Virus record (IMG/VR): IMGVR_UViG_3300027772_000071
Location: 1 to 37,154 of that record
DNA length: 37,154 nt
Source: a virus
Taxonomy: Duplodnaviria; Caudoviricetes
Reading direction: 5' to 3' (one strand)
Shown: one piece after another, positions 18,501-26,517 of the stretch
Layout of the letters: each line of letters begins with the position of its first letter
Numbering within the stretch: position 1 is the first letter of the stretch
Notes under the pieces: generated by a model
What the model was told of the DNA's origin: nothing
Seen by the model: the letters and a program-made list of their open reading frames with translations, nothing else
The model's database searches: none
Position numbers and translations under genes: made by a program

Positions 18501-20262
18501 CCATTTGGTAGCGGTGAGTACTAGTACCACAGTCAATGCATATTCAACAGACGGCGGAACAACATGGACTGCGGGCGGCGCATTGCCAGGAGCTTTAAGT
18601 GGACAAGCTGTTGGTGTTGCCTATGGCAATATCAATGGTGCTGCACGTTGGGTAGTTATAGGATTCGACGGAACCACATGTTATTCAACCAACGGTGGCC
18701 AATCATGGGTCGCAGGAGCCAGCACACCAGGCGGCACAGGAACCAGCATCGCTTATGGTCAAGGAGTATGGATAGTAGTCAGCTCTCTCTTTAACACCAC
18801 TGCCTACAGCGCGGACGGCGGCGTGACATGGACTGCGGGCGGAACATTACCATCTGCTTCATCATGGAGCGGCATAGCCTATGGTTCTAACAAATTTGTT
18901 GTAGTATCTAGTGACGGGTCTGTGAATCCAGTATGGAGCGTAGACAAAGGCGTAACATGGAGTTCAACTGGTTCCAGCGGCTACATCGGATCAGGCACAA
19001 CAACTCGTGTAAACTACGGACAAGGTGTTTTCTTAGTCACACAAAGCAGTAGCAACAACATGAGCAGCTCAGAAGACGGCATAGTATGGACCACCAGAGC
19101 AATCACTCGTGCTTCAGGCACAGGAGCTCTTGAAGCTGTGAATGGTAATCCTAGTCAAACAAGCATATGGGCTATTATTCCTTCAGCATCAACCACAGCA
19201 GCATCTAGTGCCATACTAGGCGCCACTGCCAAAGCTCGTGCATTTGTTTCTGACTCAAAGATATTTGCTATCAGAGTCACCGATCCAGGATCAGCCTATG
19301 CCTCAGCACCAACTATTACCATAACTGATCCCAACAATCTGTTTGAAGCTCCTACCACAGTGAGAATAGGTGATGGTGCTTGTGCCAACGTCAGCTTTAA
19401 AAATCGCGGCACAGGATTTGATTCAGCTATAATAGAGCAAGATACAGGCAACGGCTACGGGAATAATTTCCAAAGTGGTAGATTTATCGGAGTTAAGAGA
19501 CTAACAGGTATACCTAGGGCAGGTGCCAACGTGGTTTTTGCCACACAGCCTAATACTGTATACAAATTGGTTCAGGTGCTTTCAGAAAGCGGAACGTTTG
19601 ACGGTGCAAGATCTGCATTCTTCCAGCTGTCACCAAGCATGAGTGAGTTTAATGCTCCTGCAGATGGCACAGCAATAACCACACGTATTCGTTACAGTCA
19701 AGTGAGACTCACCGGACACGACTTCTTAGACATAGGTACAGGTAACTTTGTAGAAACCAACTATCCAGGAATTCCTACACAGCCTGCTATACAGGCCAAT
19801 GAGACTGTGGACAACAACGGTGGTCGTGTATTCTATACCTCCACTGACCAAGACGGTAACTTCCGAGTTGGTGAATTGTTTACTATCGAACAAAGTACTG
19901 GTGTTGCAACATTGAATGCTGATGCATTTAACATTGCAGGTCTAGCAGAACTAAGTTTGGGTAACATAACATTGGGCGGAAACTCAGCAACAATTACAGA
20001 ATTTAGCACAGATCCATTCTTAACAGCTAATTCAGATAACGTTGTTTCTACACAGAGAGCAATTAGATCTTACATTTCTGCACAAATTGGTGGTGGTGGA
20101 GCTGCTTTGAACGTAAATAGCTTGGTAGCTGGTTTTATCAATGTGTCGGGTACACAGATCACAACTACCACAGGCGGTACCATAGCTATGAAAGCTAACT
20201 TTAATTTCCAGGCAGGGGTAAGAGGTTACCCAGTGGCATGGAATTACTTTTTAAATAATTAA
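12586..20262 (+). CDS. Giant multi-domain virion protein (2558 aa): 7 CBM5/12-like repeats, CxRD helical repeats, beta-helix-like core, Asp-box propeller
   Basis: Colinear paralog of 7039. Asp-box motifs YSTDGGTTW, YSTNGGQSW, YSADGGVTW and SVDKGVTW. Four C..RDV helices. Confidence 0.8.
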   Translation: MAEFKLGRIRFVWKGAWSASTVYYKDDVVRFGGKVYLCQTGHTANANFNVDLDINPTKWNLMADGQRWRDEWSTVTVYEEGDLVKYGGIVYVCIDGHTSAATATLGLENNSAAWNQFVEGTDWKGTWTVLTRYKLNDIVRYGGINYICITGHTSAATAASGLEDNSASWQVYTQGQEYLGTWVTATRYKLNDVVKYGAGLWICTTQHSAGASFSGDSANWAQYVEGLEYESNWNNVTAYQPGDVVKYGGNNYVSKTQHLNSNPLTGTTDWDLFAEGLSFQQSWAGGTSYKIGEVVTHGGNNYIAIADSPSATYTFTAATASNDRFTAASTTGIVVGMTVRFTGSTFGGVFTSGRYYVKTVAAGYITISTTSSGTTFNVAADASGSMTATVSGEPPNTAYWAAISTGMNWRGAWADDTEYNAGDTVSHGTNSYICVSQHRSEGDDGSTLGTEGGGQALSRPDLDATGTYWNVVAVGSEASVLTTTGDLVYYGGAGPTRLPVGTEGQVLRVSSAGTPEWVTWGSTSHVYYVSTEGEDRPWPDCGASLDKPWKTIRYACEQIDNGPRNPNAQHLLELNRAFIQKEITSWTDYQITNNIAPFTSAFDYDEYKCERDVGFIIDRLIWDLGHGGNLKIRAAAFSLLGAFGEAGEFSAGEESVPYVTLAAEADEGVAAYEQLKLVVAKVLANQAPTTAYQTLALDSTAIVAQYINTDYVAEPGTTTTSDELIDIVITALTDLDTDALPARRVPNNTINIKTGQYRETLPIIVPVETALVGDEKRSVNAGPAGSLTSGDDAKYSIGALTRLETVVGQIILGTNVTESSGNTATQSADFPYASSVEVTDIKRLVRTMQHQIDFKIGTTHMESSANPTGYNTVFLVGFGDARTLIRENKEFIKEEITAYLTANFSSVKYSKTKCKRDVGFIIDAMIYDLTYDGKWATLNAGTAYFDGENSVDLQIDSTEIAATVAAYGRLKTVVQQIIANTTVTKSAANTATQWTDSTNLSGGSAANATVGALVDIITNIIQGDSTESTTPQINVTTIATLNTLTSIAHGLAVGDAVIPRTTANGLVNGTKYWVVTVGSVDTFQLAATYGGAVLASFTNGAGLDIDLEVIDYPTATNAVTSTTALIAAAVTLDAAQETIVTAATAYITANYPTLVYNSAKCERDVRLILEAVMFDFMFNSNFKTREAAYSYLRATAADVFTLNQKTATRASFTYVKGLASANVGGNATAQARIETLMTLLDDIVYGATNEGSICQTSIRSADWARLQLERNRAYISAEISAYIGATYTTTVTVATAATDIFTCTDTSWMVRNAAIRFTGTVFGGITTGTTYYIQNVVSATTFKISTTRNSNTAFDTQLNESGSMTVSLYYDSAACLRDVDRYVDALKFDLQYPGNYKSRLAARYYANAVTGSLEEDMYYLRNGTGLRNQTLQGLTGDLLAPNAYGTSRVSAGAYASLDPGWGPDDFRTWIIGRSPYVQNVATFGYAAIGQKIDGALHNGGNDSIVSNDFTQIISDGIGAWITNNGRAELVSVFSYYAHIGYLAEAGGRIRGTNGNNSYGDFGSVAEGFDVTETPILCEVDNKSYLADVGSVITDGVDKIWQFEYDNAGSDYTEVTWTVSGGGAGASVEQDDFRDDAVFQVRLIDNVDDSTTAPEADGNLGGSGYLSNANTAQSGTTTQLTLAATDDEISNAYVGMKLIVTSGAGAGQVGIVDAYSSGTKIATVTKESTGGAGWDHLVPGTAIVAPDASSTYVVEPRVTFTSPTYSSTARTLGTAQSYTDATYAPTSAVYSPISTTTSGSGTGATFTVARKGVKYSAVVIVSAGTGYARLDTLTIVGTNLGGAPSANDVTVTVTAVNATTGAITAFEFTGVGAGSKFVAIASGSRTTNTSTNGTTWSQNLLALPSTSDWTSIAAGKLTTVETAGAFVIGRSYVITSLGNTVYTSIGSAANLVGTYFVATGIGSGTGTATPIANHLVAVSTSTTVNAYSTDGGTTWTAGGALPGALSGQAVGVAYGNINGAARWVVIGFDGTTCYSTNGGQSWVAGASTPGGTGTSIAYGQGVWIVVSSLFNTTAYSADGGVTWTAGGTLPSASSWSGIAYGSNKFVVVSSDGSVNPVWSVDKGVTWSSTGSSGYIGSGTTTRVNYGQGVFLVTQSSSNNMSSSEDGIVWTTRAITRASGTGALEAVNGNPSQTSIWAIIPSASTTAASSAILGATAKARAFVSDSKIFAIRVTDPGSAYASAPTITITDPNNLFEAPTTVRIGDGACANVSFKNRGTGFDSAIIEQDTGNGYGNNFQSGRFIGVKRLTGIPRAGANVVFATQPNTVYKLVQVLSESGTFDGARSAFFQLSPSMSEFNAPADGTAITTRIRYSQVRLTGHDFLDIGTGNFVETNYPGIPTQPAIQANETVDNNGGRVFYTSTDQDGNFRVGELFTIEQSTGVATLNADAFNIAGLAELSLGNITLGGNSATITEFSTDPFLTANSDNVVSTQRAIRSYISAQIGGGGAALNVNSLVAGFINVSGTQITTTTGGTIAMKANFNFQAGVRGYPVAWNYFLNN

Positions 20263-20273
20263 CGGAGAATAAT

Positions 20274-20603
20274 ATGGCAACAGGAAGATTAGGCGCTTTT
20301 AACATAACAACCACAGCAGATACCACGGTGTACACAGTACCCGCAGCTTCATTCAGCGTAGTTTCTGTAAATATATGTAATCGCAATTCAAGCACACCGG
20401 CTAACATACGTTTAGCAGTGTCAGCATTAGCAACACCAACAGTGGCAGAATACATAGAATACGATTCGTCGTTGGTAGCCAACGGTGTACTAGAACGCAC
20501 CGGTATCGTAATGAAGACCGGAGACCTATTAGTGTTTTCGACACCGACCGGGACTCCCACATTAAGTGTTGTGGTCTACGGCATAGAAACATCAACAGCA
20601 TAA
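20274..20603 (+). CDS. Small virion protein (paralog family with 2076 and 6307)
   Basis: 109 aa: VYTVPA....VVSVNICNR...LERTGIVM..GD...YGIE. GGAG RBS. Confidence 0.7.
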   Translation: MATGRLGAFNITTTADTTVYTVPAASFSVVSVNICNRNSSTPANIRLAVSALATPTVAEYIEYDSSLVANGVLERTGIVMKTGDLLVFSTPTGTPTLSVVVYGIETSTA

Positions 20604-20615
20604 GGCGGATATAAT

Positions 20616-21578
20616 ATGGGACGAAGAACAAGCGGAGGCACAGTAGGCCAAGAGAAAATTGGAAATATCTCTGCCACTGGCGCAACCTTAACAACATCAC
20701 AATTAAATCAAGATCTCACGCTGGATCCCAATGGCACTGGCGGAGTAATAGTTGCTGCTGATATTACTGTTGCAGATCAAGGTGATCTTCGACTCAGAGA
20801 AGCCACAGCCAACGGCACTAACTACATTGCTCTACAAGCTGCGGCTGTTATGGCAGCAAATTATACTCTTACTTTTCCAGCCGCAGTAGCGGCTAGTGCT
20901 GGATTTGTTCTAACTAGTGATGCTGCCGGAGTTTTATCCTGGGCCAGTGCAGGCGGAAATATTTCTGTTGCAGATCCAGGATCAACGGCCACTGTTCATT
21001 ATCCGTTTTTTGGAACTGCTTCTGGTTCGCTGCCCACAACACTAGCACCACTGGCTAGAACAAACCTAGCATTTGTGCCCAGCACTGGTGAGCTAACTTC
21101 TACCATTGGTAGCTTTGTCAACATATACGGTGCCACAACCAACGGTGCCACGATTACTATTAGAGGTACCAGTTCAGGCACCAAGGGTGCAGCCAGCGTG
21201 TTGATGACAGATGGTGTGGCATCATCAACTACAGGTACTGGTACATTGGTAGTCACAGGCGGTGTTGGAGTTTCAGGACAAGTAACTGCCACAACACTGG
21301 TTGAAACATCTAGTATTGTGTTTAAAGAAAATATCAATCCAATTGAAAATGCATTAGAATCTGTATTGATGTTAATGGGTGTTACTTACGATCGCAAAGA
21401 CAACAAAGAACACGAAGCTGGATTAATTGCCGAAGATGTTTATAAAATTATTCCAGATCTAGTCAGTTTAGATGCTGACGGCAAACCTCATGGTATTAAA
21501 TACACCAAACTAACAGCCTATTTGTTAGAAGCAATTAAGTCGTTAAACAAAGAAATTAATGACCTAAAAAAGGTATAA
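20616..21578 (+). CDS. Tail fibre or spike protein with a C-terminal intramolecular chaperone (peptidase S74-like) domain
   Basis: C-terminus SS..FKENI..I..AL......GV.Y.......GLIAEDV....P.LV.......Y..L...L.EAIK.L..EI..LK (about 21309-21578) matches the S74/CIMCD pattern. GTLVVTGGVGVSG fibre motif upstream. Confidence 0.85.
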   Translation: MGRRTSGGTVGQEKIGNISATGATLTTSQLNQDLTLDPNGTGGVIVAADITVADQGDLRLREATANGTNYIALQAAAVMAANYTLTFPAAVAASAGFVLTSDAAGVLSWASAGGNISVADPGSTATVHYPFFGTASGSLPTTLAPLARTNLAFVPSTGELTSTIGSFVNIYGATTNGATITIRGTSSGTKGAASVLMTDGVASSTTGTGTLVVTGGVGVSGQVTATTLVETSSIVFKENINPIENALESVLMLMGVTYDRKDNKEHEAGLIAEDVYKIIPDLVSLDADGKPHGIKYTKLTAYLLEAIKSLNKEINDLKKV

Positions 21579-21583
21579 AATAA

Positions 21584-22648
21584 ATGGCAAATTTACAGGC
21601 AACCACATTTACTGACCTTACCCTACCAAGGGGAACAACAGCTGAGCGGCCTGCTACTCCTGCTACAGGAATGGTAAGATACAATACCAGTTTTAATTTA
21701 TTAGAATTTTGGGACGGCACAAATTGGCGGCCAGTGACTGGCTACAGTGCAGGCACAATTGGCACCGGTGGAAACTCTATCACAAAAGTTAATAATAATA
21801 TTGTACACACTTTTACCTCAGTAGGCGCTGCAACATTCACGCCATCATTTAACGGCTATGTACAAGTACTAGTTCTTGCAGGCGGTGGAGCATCTTCAAG
21901 CGGTTGGGGTGGTGGTGGTGGTGGTGGTGGCATGATATTCAATCGTGCATTTCCAGTTAGTAGCGGAACTGCTTATCCTGTGACTGTTGGCGCTGGCGCC
22001 GGTGTAAATTCAAATGCAAACGGTAGCCCTACCACCTTCAGCACCATAACCGCCAACGGTGGCGGTGTAGCTGGCTCATGGGATCAACAAAATCCAGGCG
22101 GCCCGGGCGGTTCAGGTGGCGGTGGCGCAAACACAAGTATTGACAGCAGTAGACTTCGAGTATTTGGCGGTATTGGTATTACAGGACAAGGATTTCCAGG
22201 TGGTTCAGGAGTGCGTTTCAACGATGACAGCGAAAACACACACAACGGTGGTGGTGGTGGTGGCGCCGGCGGCCCTGGTTGGGCCAGCCAAGACGAAAAT
22301 CAACAAACTGCCACTCATGGTGGCCCTGGTGCAGCCAGTGATATTCTAGGCGATATACTATACTGGGGCGGTGGTGGTGCCAGTGGCCCACACATCTGTG
22401 ATGGTGGTGGTGGTGATGGCGGAGTTGGTGGTGGAGGTGGCGGAGCTGCTCACTATGTTCCAGGATACCCCACAGTGGGTAACGGCTTCGGTGGCGGACA
22501 ATCATTAAACAAAGGTCAGCCTGCTAGTAATAATGACGGCCATGCTCGATATGGCGGCAACGGCGCTGCTAACACTGGTGGCGGTGGTGGAGGTGGTGGC
22601 TCACAACACGGTGGTGGCGGTTCCGGAATTGTAGTAATTAGATATTAA
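21584..22648 (+). CDS. Glycine-rich adhesin-like virion protein, paralog 1
   Basis: VHTFT....F, VLVLAGGG, GGGGGGG blocks, FPGGSG, NTGGGGGG and a GSGIVVIRY terminus. Confidence 0.8.
   Translation: MANLQATTFTDLTLPRGTTAERPATPATGMVRYNTSFNLLEFWDGTNWRPVTGYSAGTIGTGGNSITKVNNNIVHTFTSVGAATFTPSFNGYVQVLVLAGGGASSSGWGGGGGGGGMIFNRAFPVSSGTAYPVTVGAGAGVNSNANGSPTTFSTITANGGGVAGSWDQQNPGGPGGSGGGGANTSIDSSRLRVFGGIGITGQGFPGGSGVRFNDDSENTHNGGGGGGAGGPGWASQDENQQTATHGGPGAASDILGDILYWGGGGASGPHICDGGGGDGGVGGGGGGAAHYVPGYPTVGNGFGGGQSLNKGQPASNNDGHARYGGNGAANTGGGGGGGGSQHGGGGSGIVVIRY
21908..21928 (+). repeat. (GGT)7 in-frame trinucleotide tract (polyglycine)
   Basis: Seven perfect GGT units. A (GGT)6 tract lies at 24542-24559 and shorter tracts occur throughout 21.9-24.9 kb. 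Confidence 0.9.
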
Positions 22649-22658
22649 GAGAGAATAA

Positions 22659-23795
22659 ATGGCAACGCTTAAAGACACAACAATCAATGACACGGGATTT
22701 ATTACACTACCTGTAGGAGCCACTGGTTCACGGCCTAGTCCTACACCTGGAATGATTCGATTCAATACCGCAAACACTCTATTAGAATTTTATGATAACA
22801 CAGGCTGGAGACCGATCACTGGCGTTAGCAAAGGGTCAATTGGTACCGGCGGCAACACGATATTGTATGCAGGCTCAAATGTTGGCAGAGCCAGCGGTGT
22901 AGTACATATGTTTACTACTGTAGGCAGTCAAACATTTACACCAGCATTCACAGGAACTGTTGAAGTATTGGTGATTGGTGGTGGTGCATCAGGCGGCGGC
23001 CACCTAGGTGGCGGTGGTGGCGGTGGCGGGTTTACCTACAATAGAGCATTCCCAGTTAGTTCCGGCACTGGATACCCAGTGACCGTAGGCAACGGTGGTG
23101 CAGCTAACACCTACGGACAAAGTCCTCCAGGATACACAGGCGGAAACTCAGTGTTTTCAACTATCACATCCAACGGTGGTGGCGGTGGCGGATCATGGGA
23201 CGGGAATGCAGCCCGTCCTGGCGGCTCAGGTGGCGGCGGATGTACCGGTTCAAACGGTGCTGGATCAAACGGCCATACTGGACCAAACGACAGCCGCAAC
23301 ACAAACATGGGCGGTCGAGCAGTGTCTGGTCAAGGATTCCCAGGCGGATCAGGCATTAGATTTAACCGTCAAAGTGAAGACAGTCACAAAGCAGGTGGCG
23401 GTGGCGGAGCAGGTGGACCTGGATTCAGTTCAGAAGATGACTGCCACGAAGGCCGCATGGGCGAAGGTGGTCCAGGAGCAGCCAACGATATTCTAGGATA
23501 TACTCTGTATTGGGCAGGTGGTGGCGGTGGCGCTTGTCACCAAGGAAATACCACCAATGGATCAAGTGGCGGAATTGGTGGTGGGGGTGGCGGTACATTA
23601 AATCACGGAAACCCAAGATACCCTAGCACAGCTGGTAGCAGCAGTGGCGGTGGGCAAGCATTAAACAGTGGCGGTGGCGTCGCTAACAGCGGCTATGAAG
23701 GCGGCACAGCTGGCGTAAACACAGGCGGCGGATCAGGCGGTGCATACGGTTCTGCAAAAATTGGCGGCACTGGCATAGTAATTGTCAGATATTAA
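22659..23795 (+). CDS. Glycine-rich adhesin-like virion protein, paralog 2
   Basis: Colinear with 21584 and 23810. Ends GTGIVIVRY. Confidence 0.8.
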   Translation: MATLKDTTINDTGFITLPVGATGSRPSPTPGMIRFNTANTLLEFYDNTGWRPITGVSKGSIGTGGNTILYAGSNVGRASGVVHMFTTVGSQTFTPAFTGTVEVLVIGGGASGGGHLGGGGGGGGFTYNRAFPVSSGTGYPVTVGNGGAANTYGQSPPGYTGGNSVFSTITSNGGGGGGSWDGNAARPGGSGGGGCTGSNGAGSNGHTGPNDSRNTNMGGRAVSGQGFPGGSGIRFNRQSEDSHKAGGGGGAGGPGFSSEDDCHEGRMGEGGPGAANDILGYTLYWAGGGGGACHQGNTTNGSSGGIGGGGGGTLNHGNPRYPSTAGSSSGGGQALNSGGGVANSGYEGGTAGVNTGGGSGGAYGSAKIGGTGIVIVRY

Positions 23796-23809
23796 AGAGA
23801 AAAATACAA

Positions 23810-24955
23810 ATGGCAACACTAAAAAATACAACACTTAGCATTGCTAGTGCGGTGGTTACCCCAGACAACACTTCTAGTACAGTAGCCGGAACTGGCAAAA
23901 TTCGATATAACACAACCAACAGTCAAAATGCTTTGGAATTTTATGATGGCACAGCGTGGCGTCCAGTAACAGGATACAGTCAAGGACTTGTGGGCACAGG
24001 CGGAAACACCATATCATATGTGCTAGGAAATATTGTGCATCAGTTTACTGCATTAGGTGCTCATACATTTACGCCTGCACACTCCGGAACTGTACAAGTG
24101 CTAGTGGTCGCCGGCGGAGCCGCCAGCGGTTATGATTGGGCAGGTGGCGGTGGTGGTGGTGGTGTTATCCTTAATAGAGCATTTCCTGTTACTTCAGGTA
24201 CTGGTTACTCAATAACAGTGGGTGATGGATCAAAACAATATGACGGTGGTGGCTCACCATCGGGTCCTACTGTGTCTGCAGCCAACGGCGGAAACTCAGT
24301 ATTCTCAACTATCACTGCCAGTGGTGGTGGTGGCGGTGGATCGTGGCAGTCAGCTGCGCCACCTTCGATGGACAACGGAAGAACTGGCGGTCGCACCGGA
24401 GCATCAGGTGGTGGTGGATCAAACACAGGTGACGGTGTTGATAGTCGCCAGCGTAACTATGGTGGCAGAGGCATTGACGGTCAAGGATATCCCGGCGGTT
24501 CAGGTCTTAGATTTAATGCAGACACTGAAAATACACACACCGGTGGTGGTGGTGGTGGTGCTGGAGGTCCTGGAGCAAGCTCTCCTGACGGTCGTCAGCG
24601 TTATCGTTCATCATTTAGAGGCGATCAGATTTCAGGCGGCCCTGGCCGTGCAACAGATATTCTAGGCGGAACACTGTACTTTGGTGGCGGCGGTGCTGGC
24701 GGTGGTCATCTAGGTTGGAACGTTAATGGATCGGCTGGAGGCATTGGTGGTGGTGGTGGCGGAAGTTTTCACCATAGCGGACCCTACGGCGGTGATCGAA
24801 AATTTGGTCAAGGCGGTGGCCAATCACTAAACAATGGCACTGATGGATTTGCCACAGCACGTGGCGGCGAAGGCGGTGCCAACACCGGAGGTGGTGGTGG
24901 TGGTGGACAACATGGCCGTAATGGCGGATCAGGTGTAGTTATTATTAAATACTAA
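23810..24955 (+). CDS. Glycine-rich adhesin-like virion protein, paralog 3
   Basis: Colinear with the previous two. Ends GSGVVIIKY. Confidence 0.8.
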   Translation: MATLKNTTLSIASAVVTPDNTSSTVAGTGKIRYNTTNSQNALEFYDGTAWRPVTGYSQGLVGTGGNTISYVLGNIVHQFTALGAHTFTPAHSGTVQVLVVAGGAASGYDWAGGGGGGGVILNRAFPVTSGTGYSITVGDGSKQYDGGGSPSGPTVSAANGGNSVFSTITASGGGGGGSWQSAAPPSMDNGRTGGRTGASGGGGSNTGDGVDSRQRNYGGRGIDGQGYPGGSGLRFNADTENTHTGGGGGGAGGPGASSPDGRQRYRSSFRGDQISGGPGRATDILGGTLYFGGGGAGGGHLGWNVNGSAGGIGGGGGGSFHHSGPYGGDRKFGQGGGQSLNNGTDGFATARGGEGGANTGGGGGGGQHGRNGGSGVVIIKY

Positions 24956-26517
24956 TCTTTATATACAGTGTCGTTAAGATACTGATATAACGAAGGGGCT
25001 GTTTCTACAGCCTTTTTCCATTTTGTTTTCTTTTGTTCAAGTTTTTGAATCACAATAGAAAACTCTTGTTTAAGATCTGTACCAACAGGAAAAATATGGT
25101 TTAATAATGCTATATCGTTGGCATTCCAATTCATGCCAGCTGCTAGACAATTAATTCCTGGATCTTCTTGAAAATATCTCACAAAGTTTTTCTGATACAT
25201 TGTTTGATAATACAATCCCTGAGTTTGTAATTGATTGACCACAGGAGCCAATTTTGTATAGGACTTTTTACCTATATCTTTCCAATAATCTGAATCATCT
25301 CGATGGCTTAGAGCATAATGCATTGATACAAAATGTGCCCAGTAGTTAAATTCATCTTGGCATTTTAAATTAAATTCATCTCGATCCCATTGACTAACAC
25401 TGCCTCTAAGCAGTACACTGCACAATGTTCTGGCAAATTCGTGAGTAGTAAGTAGGCCTGTGCTTTCTAAAGGTTCAATAAATGCCGCACTTAATCCCAA
25501 TGCCACAACATTCTTTTCCCAAAGTTTTTCATGCATGCCTACCCGCATATTAATATCTCTAAATTCACAATTAGTGGTATCGTAACCTTTGGATATTAGA
25601 TATTTTATAAAATCTGCTTTGGCATCTTCCGGAGAGATATACTTGTCACTGTACACGTATCCAGTGCCTACTCTACTCCATAGTGGAATATTCCATACCC
25701 ACCCGTTATCTAATGCTGTGCATTCAGTAACTGTGGTAAGTTGAGTTTCTTTATCGGTGTAGTTGATCCTAGTAGCCCATGCTCTGTTATTAGGCAACAG
25801 ATGTTCGTAACTGTTAAACGGTACACCTAATGCTTCGCCTAATAGCATGGATTTAAATCCAGTACAATCCACAAATAAATCCGCTGAAACTTGTTCGCCG
25901 GTATCCAACGTTAACAACTCTATACCATTATCATTGGTAGTAATCTTAGTAACTTCTGCAGAAATATGAGTAACTCCTCGAGGCTTGCAATGACTATCTC
26001 TTAACCAAGCTCCAAGTTTGGCTGCATCAAAATGAAATGCAGTATCGTTATAAAAATTAAAATTATCTAGTTCTCTACTATCCGTTAAAATTTTATTAGC
26101 ATTGACCAATGCCATCTGAGAGTAATAACAGTTAACATAGTCATCGGTAGGCGTCTTTGGGTATAGAGCTTTCTTAATAAACCAATCATCTCTAAGATGT
26201 AGATTGCCATCCAAACAAGGAAGCCCAAACGGATAATACCACGTACCGCTATCTTTATTATAAAAATTATTAAATTTGATGGCAATTTTATAAGAAGCAT
26301 CGGCGGCCTTCATGAAGTCTCGATCAGTGATTCCGACCATTCGCAACCACCCACGGATACCGCCTACTGTGCTTTCACCAACTCCTACTGTGGGAATACT
26401 AGGACTTTCGATCACTGCGATATTTGTGTCTTTCAATTGAGTAACCAGCGATGCAGCCACAATCCACCCAGCACTACCGCCTCCAACAATTACAATATTT
26501 TTAATCTTTTGACTCAT
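24952..26517 (-). CDS. Flavin-dependent halogenase, tryptophan halogenase (PrnA/RebH) family, copy 1
   Basis: IVGGGSAGW (FAD binding), GVGEST, ASYKIAIKF (catalytic Lys position), AFHFDA, DCTGF, GWVWNIPL (WxWxIP) and FIEPLESTG. Confidence 0.9.
   Translation of the reverse strand: MSQKIKNIVIVGGGSAGWIVAASLVTQLKDTNIAVIESPSIPTVGVGESTVGGIRGWLRMVGITDRDFMKAADASYKIAIKFNNFYNKDSGTWYYPFGLPCLDGNLHLRDDWFIKKALYPKTPTDDYVNCYYSQMALVNANKILTDSRELDNFNFYNDTAFHFDAAKLGAWLRDSHCKPRGVTHISAEVTKITTNDNGIELLTLDTGEQVSADLFVDCTGFKSMLLGEALGVPFNSYEHLLPNNRAWATRINYTDKETQLTTVTECTALDNGWVWNIPLWSRVGTGYVYSDKYISPEDAKADFIKYLISKGYDTTNCEFRDINMRVGMHEKLWEKNVVALGLSAAFIEPLESTGLLTTHEFARTLCSVLLRGSVSQWDRDEFNLKCQDEFNYWAHFVSMHYALSHRDDSDYWKDIGKKSYTKLAPVVNQLQTQGLYYQTMYQKNFVRYFQEDPGINCLAAGMNWNANDIALLNHIFPVGTDLKQEFSIVIQKLEQKKTKWKKAVETAPSLYQYLNDTVYKD

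Noticed and set aside
22218-22505. Minus-strand His-rich ORF (HHHHHHH)
   Set aside because: It is the reverse-complement shadow of GGT polyglycine codons in ORF 21584, with no independent start signals.
437-24665. Many short antisense or alternate-frame ORFs in the ORF track (e.g. 10794-11432, 23095-23496, 24222-24665)
   Set aside because: They are nested in or largely overlap longer, motif-supported genes and are explained by codon bias.
21584-24955. Diversity-generating retroelement acting on the adhesins
   Set aside because: There is no reverse transcriptase in the window and no long template/variable repeat pair with adenine-specific mismatches. The similarities are ordinary paralogy.
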